Shown piece after piece: positions 38,122-50,950 of a DNA stretch of 59,726 bases. The stretch spans positions 1 through 59,726 of the forward strand of contig NW_021832567.1 of assembly GCF_006345805.1 (NCBI RefSeq), in the 5' to 3' direction. Source of the stretch: Octopus sinensis. Taxonomy: Eukaryota. Numbering within the stretch: the stretch's first letter is position 1; every line of letters begins with the position of its first letter. A program made the position numbers and the translations under genes. The notes beneath the pieces were generated by a model. It saw only the letters and a program-made list of their open reading frames with translations, was not told the DNA's origin and made no database searches.

Positions 38122-39819
38122 ATTAAGCAAAGAAAATTTTCATTGTTTTTAATTCTGTAGACTTTCGGTCTTTGGCGCGTCGATTCTTTGTGTCTTTTCT
38201 TACGTTTTATGAATGGGAGATGTCCTTGATTAGTGCGGGATTTGACTGCTATTTCTAGCTATGAATGGGAGATGTCCTTGATTAGTGCGGGATTTGGCTG
38301 CTATTTCTAGCTATGGAAGGCAGATGTCCTTGATTTGTGCGGAATTGCTCATATACATAAGTTGGATAATATCCGATTTGAGTGGGATTTTTTCCAAGTC
38401 ACGGAAATTGATTTCCACTCGCTTTTACGGCACCAAAAACCATTAAAATTAGGCGAACCTAGCGCCTAGTCCCCCCCCCCCAACAGACCTATTTTTTTTT
38501 TCTTTTGCCTGTCTCCCATATTTTCGATGACGGAGATACCGAATATGCAAAAAAAAAAAGTACGTTTTCAAAATTTTTAATTCCCCTCCAACTTGATTTT
38601 TAACTTTTTTTCGAAAGTTTTTGTTTCAATCCACGTTGAAAAATATGGAGATTAAGAATATGGTGTGTGTGGTGGGGAGAACAAATTTTAGTCTGAAATT
38701 CTTTATGAAAAACTCCAGAATTGATCATTAACGCCCCCTCGTCATTCCATCATGCTGTCTAAATGTGAAAACGAATGGCTGTTTTGTCCGTTTTCGCATG
38801 CGTATAATAATAATAATGAAGTTATTGTATACAGTGCTCAGGTACACCACAACTTGTCAGAAAGTGCGTATAAAAGATATGCAGTAAAGTACAAATGTCT
38901 GGGAAGTGAACAGTGTATGAGTCAGATACATGCTTGTGTGTGTGTATGGAGGGAAGAAAATCAGGTGTAGATTTGTGCGGGATTTGGCTGCTATTTTTGA
39001 GCCAAAAAATTAACTAACTAACTACAGTTTGTTCGAATGAGCAGAGAAAGAAGTACAAAAAAATAGATTTTACATATCTGTCGTAGAAGAGTGGTCCCGG
39101 GGCGCGCACTCACGCATCCAATTATTTTACGATCAACCAATTATTTTATCTTGTAAATTGAAGAATCTGATGTTATTTGGAACTAAAATTGAGAAATTTG
39201 GGTAATTTTAGCCAATCAACAGTGTGGCATTAGCAGCTAGTTACCATGACACCAGGATGCTGTGTTGTGGTTCACTTCACTTGTTTATCAGCCCTTCCAC
39301 CCATGTCTTCACGGGTGTCCCATTTCCACGTGTTCCCCCTACTTTGCGGGATCAGCACTTCCTTAGGGAGCTGTTGACATCCAGCTTAATTGATCGCATT
39401 AGAAATGAATTTGTATTTTTTTTACTAACCACAATATCTTACACTGTTGTTTCTCTATAATTTCAGAACATCAGACAACATTGACATAACAGAAGAAACA
39501 TCCTCAACATCTACCACGTTTCAAAGACTAAAAGAAAATATTGTACAAAACAGATGTATCAGATTGTGTTTTACAAATCTGTGGATTTCTGTGAAACATT
39601 TGCTCTGCAATAGTATTATTTGTAAAATTTCTGAACATCACCGACTGGAGTGTCAAGAAGAGGGGCCTGTGTGTTGATTAAAGTTGGATAAATTGATTTA
39701 AGTGTTGCTAAACAAAGGTGACACTAGACAGAAATACAACAGTAGAAGTGTATATAAGGAATAAAGTGTAAAAACAAAAGCAAGAAAAATATATAAATTG
39801 GGATTTGAGAGGAAAAATA

Positions 39820-40566
39820 ATGGAAAAGAGTGAGAAAAGTGTAGAATTGATTTCCCCTGAACCCAAGACAAAAGAGATGAGTTCATACGATTGTGATATC
39901 TGTACAAAGTCCTTCCTTCAAAAAAGTGACCTTCTTATGCACAAATGTACTCATAGAGGAGAGAAACCGTATCCTTGTGACATTTGTGGTAAATCATTCT
40001 CTTGCAGTAGTAAGTTATCTACACACATACGTTCACATACAGGAGAGAAACCATATCATTGTGATATCTGTGGTAAATCATTCTCTCGAAGGAGTAATGT
40101 TACTGCGCACAAACGTACTCATACAGGAGAAAAACCATATCATTGTGACATCTGTGTTAAATCATTCTCACAAAATATTCACTTAACTGATCACAAACGT
40201 ATTCATGCAGGAGAGAAACCTTATCATTGTGATATTTGTGGTAAATCATTCTCTCAAAGTATTCGTTTATCTACACACATACGTATTCATTCAGGAGAGA
40301 AACCATATCATTGTGATATCTGTGGTAAATCATTCTCTGACAATAGAAACTTAACTGTACATAAACGTATTCATACAGGAGAGAAACCATATCATTGTGA
40401 TATCTGTGGTAAATCATTCTCTCGAAGTAGTCACGTTACTGTGCACAAACGTATTCATACAGGAGAGAAACCATATCACTGTGATATTTGTGGTAAACAC
40501 TTTTCTCACAATAGTAACTTTACAAAACACAAATATATTCATACTAGGGAGAAAGGAAAAGAGTAA
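39820..40566 (+). CDS. Poly-C2H2 ZNF-4 (248 aa, 8 fingers, intact)
   Basis: ATG at 39820; 8 fingers; last finger and C-terminus identical in protein to ZNF-3. Confidence 0.95.
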   Translation: MEKSEKSVELISPEPKTKEMSSYDCDICTKSFLQKSDLLMHKCTHRGEKPYPCDICGKSFSCSSKLSTHIRSHTGEKPYHCDICGKSFSRRSNVTAHKRTHTGEKPYHCDICVKSFSQNIHLTDHKRIHAGEKPYHCDICGKSFSQSIRLSTHIRIHSGEKPYHCDICGKSFSDNRNLTVHKRIHTGEKPYHCDICGKSFSRSSHVTVHKRIHTGEKPYHCDICGKHFSHNSNFTKHKYIHTREKGKE

Positions 40567-41229
40567 TTTCTGCAGTTTCTTATTTGCCATATATGTTTAA
40601 TATTCCTCTGTGTTATACAATGGAAATTATGACTGAAGTATTTCCAAAATTATTAGATGTTTTCCTTTTTGTAATTTTCTCTTTCTGCTGCTTCCTTGAC
40701 CATTCATGCATTCCTTTTCCATGGTGTAAGGACTTCTGTACCAAAACTTCTCATCCTCCTGACGATCCTACACTTTATTCTTTATTGGAGACTGCATCCA
40801 CAAATTTCTGTGAATTTATTGCTTAGAGCAGTAGAAGCAGAGAGACAGTCTTGTAAGAATGGGAGCAGTTGGTAGCTGGAACAGAAGCTAGGAAACAGGA
40901 CACTTTAGCAAGGAAAAAGTAGAGTATGTATATGTATGATTTTGATATACGTACATACCCATCTACATATGTGCTGGTGCATCTCTTCCTATACACCCCT
41001 CCCAACTCCTCTCCTATCCTCCCCTCACATCTTGACCATCAACTAACACTTCTTTTCTCACTTCTTTCACCCTTTCTTCACTTTCCTTTTTTTTTCACCC
41101 TTTTCAATGTTTTCTACTCTCTTTTTATTATTTTTTGTCCCTTTTCTTTTTTCCTCTCATTTTCTCTTCCTGTCTTCATTTTGACCAACCTCCTCATTCT
41201 AATCATGCACATCTCTTCCCCCACCCCCA

Positions 41230-41657
41230 TCTATCCACAGATACTCCCAATACATTCTCAAATTTTCATTCACACCACAAAACCCCTTTGAATGAGCAAC
41301 ACCGAATCCACGGCACCACACTTAGAAATAACTAAACATGAACTACTATCGAAACTTACATACCATGTATAGGAAACTTTTTTACCACTTCTATACACCA
41401 CTTTACTTGAATAATGGAACTGCAACTACAATATTTTGTATTTGACTTCTACTTTCATTCTCTTATTTCCCTCTATATTCCCTACAATAATTCCTTATTT
41501 CGAACTCAAATATTTATCTCTATTTAACCAACTCACATCGTCTCTGATGAAGGGATATCCATAATATCCCAGAAACGGCTGTAAGACTATATCTATATCT
41601 CCTTATAAATGTCCTGAAAACTCCTCACAACCTTGACTTTGTTATCTCTTTTGTCTA

Positions 41658-41660
<3 letters not shown>
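41230..41660 (+). mobile_element. Penelope-like 3' remnant/pseudo-LTR
   Basis: Contains the hammerhead motif; an LNEQ-like string near 41290 resembles PLE ORF ends (weak); the 3' part is shared with 35040-35200. Confidence 0.5.
41540..41587 (+). ncRNA. Type I hammerhead ribozyme motif, intact, ~1 kb downstream of the ZNF-4 stop
   Basis: GUCU-CUGAUGA-A-GGGAUAU-CCAUA-AUAUCCC-A-GAAA-C-GGCU-G-UA^AGAC; stem I GUCU/AGAC, 7 bp stem II, self-complementary ACGGCUGU stem III; predicted cut after A41583. Confidence 0.8.
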
Positions 41661-41703
<43 letters not shown>

Positions 41704-41810
41704 TTATATATATATATACTTATATATATATATACTTATATATATATATACTTATATATATATATACTTATATATTTATATATATATATATATATATATA
41801 CTTATATATT

Positions 41811-41841
<31 letters not shown>

Positions 41842-41842
41842 C

Positions 41843-41908
<66 letters not shown>

Positions 41909-42009
41909 TATGCTGATACAAGACCCACATTAAACTCCTCATATTATTATCGAACCAAGAGTTTAACTACGTTCTGTCCATAGCACTTACTTAGTGTTAC
42001 CAGCCACTC

Positions 42010-43630
42010 TTTGTGTCTTCTAGATACCAATACACTTATCATCATCATCGTCGTTTAGCGTCCGTTTTCCATGCTAGCATGGGTTGGACGGTTCTACTGG
42101 GGTCTGTGAAGCCAGAAGGCTTCATCAGGCCCAGTCAAATCTGGCAGTGTTTCTACGGCTGGATGCCCTTCCTAACGCCAACCACTCCGTGAGTGTAGTG
42201 GGTGCTTTTTACGTGCCACCCGCACACTTCATCATCATCATCATTTAGCGTCCGTTTTCCATGCTAGCATGGGTTGGACGGTTCTACTGGGGTCTGTGAA
42301 GCCAGAAGGCTTCATCAGGCCCAGTCAAATCTGGCAGTGTTTCTACGGCTGGATGCCCTTCCTAACGCCAACCACTCCGTGAGTGTAGTGGGTGCTTTTT
42401 ACGTGCCACCCGCACTGGTGCCAGACAGAGCTGGCAAACGGCCACGAACGGATGGTGCTTTTTATGTGCCACCGGCACGAGGGCCAGGCGAGGCTGGCAA
42501 CGGACACGAAACGGGGCGGTGCTGGCAACGGTCGCGAAACGGAAAGTTCTCTTACATGCCACCGGCACTGGTAACACATCTGCAATTTCCATTGATCGAT
42601 TTCCATTGATCGATTTCGATTCTGATCCTCACTTGCCTCAATGGGTCTTCACAAGCAGAGTTTCGACATGCCACCGGCACTGGTAGCACATCCGCAATTT
42701 CCATTGATCGATTTCGATTCTGATCCTCACTTGCCTCAACACGTCTTCACAAGTAGAGTTTTGTGTCCCAAGAAGGGAAGGTATGCATACGTAGGCTGGC
42801 TCCATCCCATGTAGAAGGCCACGGGTTGTGGACTCACTTGTCCTGCCGGGTCTTCTCGCGCACAGCACACTTCCAGAGGTCTCGGTCTCTAGTCATTTCC
42901 TCAGTGAGACCTAAAGTTCGAAGGTCGTGCTTCACCACCTCGTCCCAGGTTTTCCTGGGTCTGCCTCTTCCACAGGTTCCCTCAACCGCTAGGGTGTGGC
43001 ACTTTTTCACACAACTAACTTCATCCATTCTCGCCACATGACCATACCAGCGCAAACGTCTCTCTTGCACACCACAACTGATGCTTCTTAGGTCCAGCTT
43101 TTCTCTCAAGGTACTTACACTCTGCCGAGTGTGAGTACCGGCATTACACATCCATCGGAGCATACTGGCTTCATTCCTAGCAAGCTTACGCATATCCTCA
43201 GCAGTCACGGCCCATGTTTCACTGCCATGTAGCATGGCTGTTCATACACACGCATCATACAGTCTGCCTTTCACTCTGTGCGAGAGGCCTTTTGTCACCA
43301 GCAGAGGTAAGAGCTCTCTGAACTTTGCCCAAGCTATTCTTACTCTAGCAGTTACACTTTCAGCACACCCGCCCCCGCTGCTGACTTGGTCACCTAGGTA
43401 ACGGAAATTATCAACTATTTCTAGTTTTTCTCCCTGGAAAGTGACGGAAGTTGGTCTCAGAGCATTTTCAGTGTTTATTGTTCCTGAGCATCTGCCACAT
43501 ACAAAAACCATCTTCCTAGTTAGCCTTCCTTTGACATTGCTGCATCTCTTATGTGTCCATAGCTTACACTTGGTGCATCTTATAGAGTTTCTACCTACAC
43601 CTTTTCTACAGATCGAGCAGGGCCATCTAC
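42010..43630 (-). mobile_element. 5'-truncated RTE LINE (PHD-like insert, thumb, 3' UTR with duplicated terminus)
   Basis: Minus-strand ORFs 43242-43511 and 42834-43235 are near-identical to 35675-36343; terminus duplicated at ~42010-42230 and 42232 onward. Confidence 0.93.
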
Positions 43631-43643
43631 CTATATATATATA

Positions 43644-43719
<76 letters not shown>

Positions 43720-44009
43720 TATGTAATCATATCAAAGGGAAATGGAATTTAATTAAAATTAAAAACATTTAACTAAAATTTACATTTCCAGTGGTCTAAC
43801 GTGTAAAAAAATTTAGTCAAAGAGACTATATATTAGTCATACGATACAGTGTATATTTAAACACATAAGGAATCCACGAATATCGAATTCGGATTCAGCG
43901 TCAAATATCCCATCAATATGAAACATTAAAATATTTTTTCAAGATAATTGTAAACAGTAATTAAAACCACAAAGATCCAGTTATCCTTCTCGTATCTCCT
44001 TTGCCTCCA

Positions 44010-44715
44010 TGTGATCCCAGTGCCTAACTTGTACTTATTTAATCGACCCCGAAAGGATGAAAGGCAAAGACGACCTCGGCGGAATTTGAACTCAGAACGT
44101 AGCAGCAGACGAAATACCTATTTCTTTACTACTCACAAGGGGCTAAACGCAGGGAGGACAAACAGGACAGACAAAGGGATAAAGTCGATTATATCGATCG
44201 CAGTGCATAACTGGTACTTATTTAATCGACCCCGAAAGGATGAAGGCAAAGACGACCTCGGCGGAATTCGAACTCAGAACGTAGCAGCAGACGAAATACC
44301 TATTTCTTTACTACTCACAAGGGGCTAAACGCAGGGAGGACAAAGGACAGACAAAGGGATAAAGTCGATTATATCGATCGCAGTGCATAACTGGTACTTA
44401 TTTAATCGACCCCGAAAGGATGAAAGGCAAAGACGACCTCGGCGGAATTCGAACTCAGAACGTAGCAGCAGACGAAATACCTATTTCTTTACTACCCACA
44501 AGGGGCTAAACACAGGGAGGACAAACAAAGACAGACGAAGGGATAAAATCGATTATATCGATCCCAGTGCGTAACTTGTACTTATTTAATCGACCCCGAA
44601 AAGATGAAAGGCAAAGACGACCTCGGCGGAATTTGAACTCAGAACGTAGCGGCAGACGAAATTACCGCTCAGTTTTTCGCCCAGCATGCTAAGATTTCTA
44701 ATAATTCGCTGCCCT
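44010..44715 (-). repeat. Tandem array of four partial family-2 SINE units (~180 bp period)
   Basis: Repeated GACGAAATAC|CTATTTCTTTACTAC junction. Confidence 0.88.
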
Positions 44716-44899
44716 TACTAAGATATGAATATTAACACGAACACACACACACACACACGTTACTATGGAAACAGTTCTTCACAATCAGCTATGCATAACA
44801 TAGTTCAGATCATTGTGGTTTCCATCACTGTTTACAATTTTGTTTCAGTTGTTTTCAAATTTGGTATACTAATCATGAAAAGAAAAATTAATTTCTCCT

Positions 44900-45290
44900 T
44901 GGCTGTGTGGTAAGTAGCTTGCTAACCAACCACATGCTTCCGGGTTCAGTCCCACTGCGTGGCACCTTGGGCAAGTGTCTTCTGCTATAGCCCCGGGCCG
45001 ACCAATGCCTTGTGAGTGGATTTGGTAGATGGAAACTGAAAGAAGCCTGTCGTATATATGTATATATATATATATGTATTTGTGTGTCTGTGTTTGTCCC
45101 CCTAGCATTGCTTGACAACCGATGCTGATGTGTTTACGTCCCCATCACTTAGCGGTTCGGCAAAAGAGACCGATAGAATAAGTACTGGGCTTACAAAGAA
45201 TAAGTCCCGGGGTTGAGTTGCTCGACTAAAAGGTGGTGCTCCAGCATGGCCGCAGTCAAATGACTGAAACAAGTGAAAGAGTAAAGAGTA
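44900..45290 (+). mobile_element. tRNA/CORE-like SINE, near full length
   Basis: Matches 18540-18940. Confidence 0.85.
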
Positions 45291-46129
45291 ATCAAAAAGT
45301 TAGTTTCTAAAATTTGCGAACTTTGGGTATTTTAGCCAATCAGAAGTGAGTATTTTACATAACACCGTGGCGAAATTTTCTATTTCTATCGTAACAAATG
45401 CAAAGATCTTTCCATGGGATGTTTGAGGTTTTCATCCTATTTTACAATTAGCTTTAAAAAACACTTTCTAATGTATCATGTAGATATAGTTTTTGAAGCT
45501 GAATCCGAATTTGTTATTCATTTATTCTAGAAAAATTTTGCAAAAACGTTAGAGGAATTCAAAGTTAGAACATTTTTCAGAATTTTCAGCCAATCAGAAA
45601 ACAGCACTTTCGCTGCCCGTCTTTCATCAAGAAGAAGGGGGAAGGTGGCATTGGCATGACAAAATATTCTTTACTACTATATGCACTAGGCTCAAATTTA
45701 TTTTGGGAAGGGACCAGTCGCTTAGATTGACCTCATCAGGCAACTGGTACTTAATGTATTGACTCCAAAAGGATGAAAGGCAAATTCGACCTCGGCGGAA
45801 TTTGAACTCAGAACGTAAAGACAGACGAACTACCTATTTCTTTACTACCCACAAGGGGCTAAACACAGAGAGGACAGACAAAGGGGTTAAGTCGATTCCA
45901 TCGATCCCAGTGCGTAACTGGTACTTATTTAATCGACACCGAAAGGATGAAAGGCAAAGACGACCTCGGCGGAATTTGAACTCAGAACGTAACGGCAGAC
46001 GAAATACCTATTTCTTTACTACCCACAAGGGACTAAACACAGAGAGGACAAACAATAATTCGTTGCCCTTACTCAGATATAGATATTAACACAAAACACA
46101 CACACGTAAATAAAATGTAATCAGGTGCA

Positions 46130-46368
46130 ATAAACGAAAATATAAAGGGATGTAAGGAGAGTTATGTGTATCAATTATTACTGCCAGGAGACACGCATGC
46201 GCATTGGACGTACTTCCTGCTTCATGTTCATTTTCGTTTCCGATGTCCAGGTGCGTGAATTCCTCGAAATCTTCTTCTAATACTTTTATAATTCTTATAT
46301 CGCATTTCTCAACTCCCAGACACACACGTATAAAACAACACAATCCTTTATGAATCATTTCCGTAAGT
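46130..46368 (+). promoter_or_regulatory. ZNF-5 promoter/non-coding exon 1
   Basis: CGCATGCGCA at 46194-46203; donor at 46363; acceptor at 47787. Confidence 0.7.
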
Positions 46369-46907
46369 ATTAAGCAAAGAAAATTTTCATTGTTTTTAAT
46401 TCTGTAGACTTTCGGTCTTTGGCGCGTCGATTCTTTGTGTCTTTTCTTACGTTTTATGAATGGGAGATGTCCTTGATTTGTGAGCGATTTGGCTGCTATT
46501 TCAAGCTATGAATGGCAGATGTCCTTGATTTGTGCGGAATTTGGCTGCTATTTCTAGCTATGAATGGGAGATGTCCTTGATTTGTGCGGAATTGCTCATA
46601 TACATAAGTTGGATAATATCCGATTTGAGTGGGATTTTTTCAAAGTCACAGAAATTGATTTCCACTCGCTTTTACGGCACCAAAAACCATTAAAATTAGG
46701 CGAACCTAGCACCTAGTCCCCCCACTCCCCAACAGACCTTTTTTTTTTTTCTTTTTCCTGTCTCCCATATTTTCGATGACGGAGATACCGAATATGCAAA
46801 ACAAAACTACGTTTTCAAAATTTTTAATTCCCCTCCAACTTGATTTTTAACTTTTTTTCGAAATTTTTCGTTTCAATCCATGCTGAAAAATATGGAGATT
46901 AAGAATA

Positions 46908-47348
46908 TGGTGGTTCTTGGTCTCAAGAATTTGTCTTATGAAGAAAGGCTGAAGACGCTCGACCTTTACTCTCTAGAAAAACGACGCCGCCGTGGTAATC
47001 TCATTCTTGCTCACAACATCATAAGCGGAAAGTGTAACCTCTCGAAAGAGCTGTTCTTCACTCCTGCTCCAGAGCATCGGCTGCGGGGGTCACTCCGAAA
47101 AGCTCTATCTGCGACGATTTCATCTCAATCGAAGGAGAGGGGCTTTCTCCGTCCGGGTTGCGGATCCGTGGAATAAGCTGCCGGACGAGATAGTGAAGAT
47201 GCCGACGACCGCTCGGTTCAAAGTCTCCCTTGACCAGAAATGGCCTGAACTCTTTGCATGAACACCACCCTGTATATAACTCCATGTCCCCCTACATGGC
47301 CTTGCTTTTTGCTTTTTGAGCCAAAAAATTAACTAACTAACTAACTAC
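46908..47348 (+). mobile_element. CR1-type LINE 3' end with (TAAC)n tail, in ZNF-5 intron 1
   Basis: VLGLKNLSYEERLKTLDLYSLEKRRRRGNLILAH; same family as 20095-20985. Confidence 0.9.
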
Positions 47349-47957
47349 AGTTTGTCCGAATGAGCAGAGAAAGAAGTACAAAAAATAGATTTTACATATC
47401 TGTCGTACAAGAGTGGTCCCGGGGCGCGCACTCGCGCATCCAATTATTTTGCGATCAACCGATTATTTTATCTTGTAAATTGAAGAATCTGATGTTATTT
47501 GGAATTAAAGTTGAGAAATTTGGGTAATTTTAGCCAATCAACAGTGTGGCATTAGCAGCTAGTTACCATGACACCAGGATGCTGTGTTGTGGTTCACTTC
47601 ACTCGTTTATAGCCCTTCCTCCCATGTCTTCATGGGTGTCCCATTTCCACGTGTTCCCTCTACTTTGAGTGATCAGCATTTCCTTAGGGAGCTGTTGGCA
47701 TCCAGCTTAGTTGATCTCATTAGAAATGAATTTGTATTTTTTAAGTAACCACAATATCTTACACTGTTGTTTCTCTATAATTTCAGAACATCAGACAACA
47801 TTGACATAACAGAAGAAACATCCTCGTTTCAAAGACTAAAAGAAAATATTGTACAAAACAGATGTATCAGATTGTATTTTAAAAATCTGTGGAAGAATTC
47901 TTGTGAAACAATTCCTCAGAAGAAAAATATATAAACTGATATTTGAGAGGAAAAATA

Positions 47958-49535
47958 ATGGAAAAGAGTGAGAAAAGTGTAGAATTGATTTCCCCTGAAC
48001 CCATGACAAAAGAGATGAGTTCATATGATTGTGATATCTGTACAAAGTCCTTCCTTCAAAAAAGTGACCTAACTATGCACAAACGTACTCATAGAGGAGA
48101 GAAACCCTATCCTTGTGACATTTGTACTAAATCATTCTCTTGCAGTAGTAAGTTATCTCTACACATACGTTCCCATTCAGGAGACAAACCCTACCCTTGT
48201 GACATTTGTGGTAAATCATTCTCTTCCGGTAGAAATTTATCTCTACACAAACGTATTCATTCAGGAGACAAACCTTATCAGTGTGATGTCTGTGGTAAAT
48301 CATTCTTTAACATTAGCGACGTAACAAAGCACAAACGTTCTCATACAGGAGAGAAGCCGTATCATTGCGATATCTGTGGTAAATCGTTCTCTCGAAGTAG
48401 TTACATTACTGTGCACAAACGTATTCATACAGGTGAGAAACCATATCATTGTGATGTCTGTGGTAAATCATTCTCTCAAAGAAATCACTTAACTGAACAC
48501 AGACGTATTCATGCAGGAGAGAAACCATATCATTGTGATATCTGTGGTAAATCATTCTCTCAAAGTATTCACTTATCTACACACATACGTATTCACACGG
48601 GAGAGAAACCATATAATTGTGATATCTGTGGTAAATCATTCTCTGAAAGTCATGCCTTAACAAAACACATACGTATTCATACAGGAGAGAAGCCATATCA
48701 CTGTGATATTTGCGGTAAACGGTTCTCTAGTAAAAGATCCTTAAAATCACACAATCATACTCAAACACGAGGGAAGCCGTATCAATGTGATATTTGTGGT
48801 AAACCATGCTCTAATAATAGTGCCTTAACATCTCACAGACGTATTCATACTGGAGAGAAGCCATACCACTGTGATATATGTGGTAAATCTTTCTCTCAAA
48901 GTAACACCTTAAAGGGACACAAAAGTGTTCATACAGGAGAGAAGCCATACCATTGTGATGTCTGTGGCAAATCATTCTCTCTAAATGGTGACTTAGCTAA
49001 ACACAAACCTATTCATACGGGAGAGAAGCCATATCACTGTGATATTTGTGGTAAATCATTCTCTGGCAATTGTGCCTTAGTAGCGCACAAACGTATTCAT
49101 ACAGGAGAAAGACCATATCATTGTGACATCTGTGGTAAATCATTCTCCCAAAGTATTCAATTAACTGTACACAGACGTATTCATACAGGGGAGAAGCCAT
49201 ACCATTGTGATATTTGTGGTAAACCATTCTCTCATAATAGTGCTTTAACATCACACAGACGTATTCATACTGGAGAGAGACCATATCATTGTAATATCTG
49301 TGGTGAATCATTCTCTCATAATAGTATCTTAACTGCGCACAAACGTATTCATACAGGAGAGAGGCCATATCACTGTGACATTTGCGGTGAATCTTTCTCT
49401 CAAAATAGTACACTAACTACTCATAAACGTATTCATACAGGAGAGAGGCCATATCACTGTGATATCTGTGGTAAATCCTTCTATCAGAATAGTAAGTTAA
49501 CAAAACACAAACATATTCATAGTAGGGAGAAATGA
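47958..49535 (+). CDS. Poly-C2H2 ZNF-5 (525 aa, 18 fingers, finger 9 lacks its last His)
   Basis: ATG at 47958; uninterrupted ORF; finger 9 ends HNHTQ. Confidence 0.95.
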   Translation: MEKSEKSVELISPEPMTKEMSSYDCDICTKSFLQKSDLTMHKRTHRGEKPYPCDICTKSFSCSSKLSLHIRSHSGDKPYPCDICGKSFSSGRNLSLHKRIHSGDKPYQCDVCGKSFFNISDVTKHKRSHTGEKPYHCDICGKSFSRSSYITVHKRIHTGEKPYHCDVCGKSFSQRNHLTEHRRIHAGEKPYHCDICGKSFSQSIHLSTHIRIHTGEKPYNCDICGKSFSESHALTKHIRIHTGEKPYHCDICGKRFSSKRSLKSHNHTQTRGKPYQCDICGKPCSNNSALTSHRRIHTGEKPYHCDICGKSFSQSNTLKGHKSVHTGEKPYHCDVCGKSFSLNGDLAKHKPIHTGEKPYHCDICGKSFSGNCALVAHKRIHTGERPYHCDICGKSFSQSIQLTVHRRIHTGEKPYHCDICGKPFSHNSALTSHRRIHTGERPYHCNICGESFSHNSILTAHKRIHTGERPYHCDICGESFSQNSTLTTHKRIHTGERPYHCDICGKSFYQNSKLTKHKHIHSREK

Positions 49536-50623
49536 AAAGGGTTGGTTCTCTTTTCTTATTTGCTTTATATGTTTACTATTCCTGTGTGTCATGCAATGGA
49601 AATTATGACTGAAGTACTTCCAAAAATTTTAGATTTTTAAAATTTTGTTTTTGCTCTTTTGAACTGCTGCTTCCTTGACCATTCATTCATTCCCTTTCCT
49701 GGTGTAAGGACCTCCATACCAAAACTCGTTGTCTTCCTGGCAACCCTACACATTGTTCTTTATTATATACTGCATTCCCAATTTCTGTGAATTTATTGCT
49801 TATAATCTTTTAAATGCTTCATCCATTAAATATATCATACAATAACAAGTTATGGCTGTTTCATTCACAGGAATTTTGTAAGATTGTTAAATATGTGCTT
49901 AAACACTAACCTCAAGTACAAAAGAGAAGAGACCACACAGTAAGGTCATGAGGCATAAGTATAGTTCAGTTACCAGACTAATTCCTTGTTAGTGTCTGAA
50001 GAATAGTTTCTTTAAATGAAACTTTGCAGAGATACATTTTCGGTTGTCTAGATTATGATGATTTTCGTAAAACTGAGAAAAAACGTTTTGGAAGAGATTC
50101 TGGTCATTCTCAACCCCACCCTGTTTTTGTTACTACTAACTTCAGAACCTGGGGAAACCTACCAACCACATGATTACCTATGAGTCTGATTACAGAATCC
50201 TGATTGGCTAAATTCTCACCAGAAAGCAGGACAGGTAGATACTTGTAAATGCAAAGTTGGTCAATGGTAAAGAATGGACTTCACAGCATAGGTTATCAGT
50301 TACTGACTTGCGACTGACAGCAAGAAAGTCACAGATTTCAACCAATCTGTAACGGAATGTCCTCAAAGCTCATGCATACTTTAGAGATGCACTAATTAAA
50401 GTCTTTGATGAAAAGAAAGAGAGGGAGGACCACTGGTAGGTCAGATGGGGCAATCCATGTTATGCTGCAAAACATATCTGTGGCTGGTGCCATGTGAAGG
50501 GTGACATGATGGTGGAGCAGGGAATATACTGATCAGTAGAAGCAGAGAGGCACTGTTGGAAGAACGGGAGCAGTTAGTAGTTAGAAGAGAAACTAGGAAA
50601 CAGGACTCTCTAGTAAGCAGAGT

Positions 50624-50950
50624 GTGAGGGCGCGTGGCTTAGTGGTTAGGGCATTCGGCTCATGATCGTAAGGTTGTGAGTTCGATTCCCGGCGACGCGT
50701 TGTGTCCTTGAGCAAGACACTTTATTTCACGTTGCTCCAGTCCACTCAGCTGGCAAAAATGAGTTGTACTTGTATTTCAAAGGGTCAGCCTTGTCACTCT
50801 CTGTGTCACGCTGATTATCCCCGAGAACTACGTTAAGGGTACACGTGTCTGTGGAATGCTCAGCCATTTGCACGTTAATTTCACGAGCAAGCTGTTCCGT
50901 TGATCGTATCAGCTGGGACCCTCGTCGTCGTAACCGGCGGAGTCAAAGAA
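50624..50950 (+). mobile_element. tRNA-derived SINE family 3 with 12 bp TSD
   Basis: A-box TGGCTTAGTGG, B-box GAGTTCGATTCC, CORE-like GTGTCCTTGAGCAAGACACTT; TSD AGTAAGCAGAGT at 50612-50623 and 50951-50962. Confidence 0.9.

Noticed and set aside
50624-50700. Possible tRNA gene
   Set aside because: The T-stem does not pair, and the sequence continues into a SINE body bounded by a 12 bp TSD.
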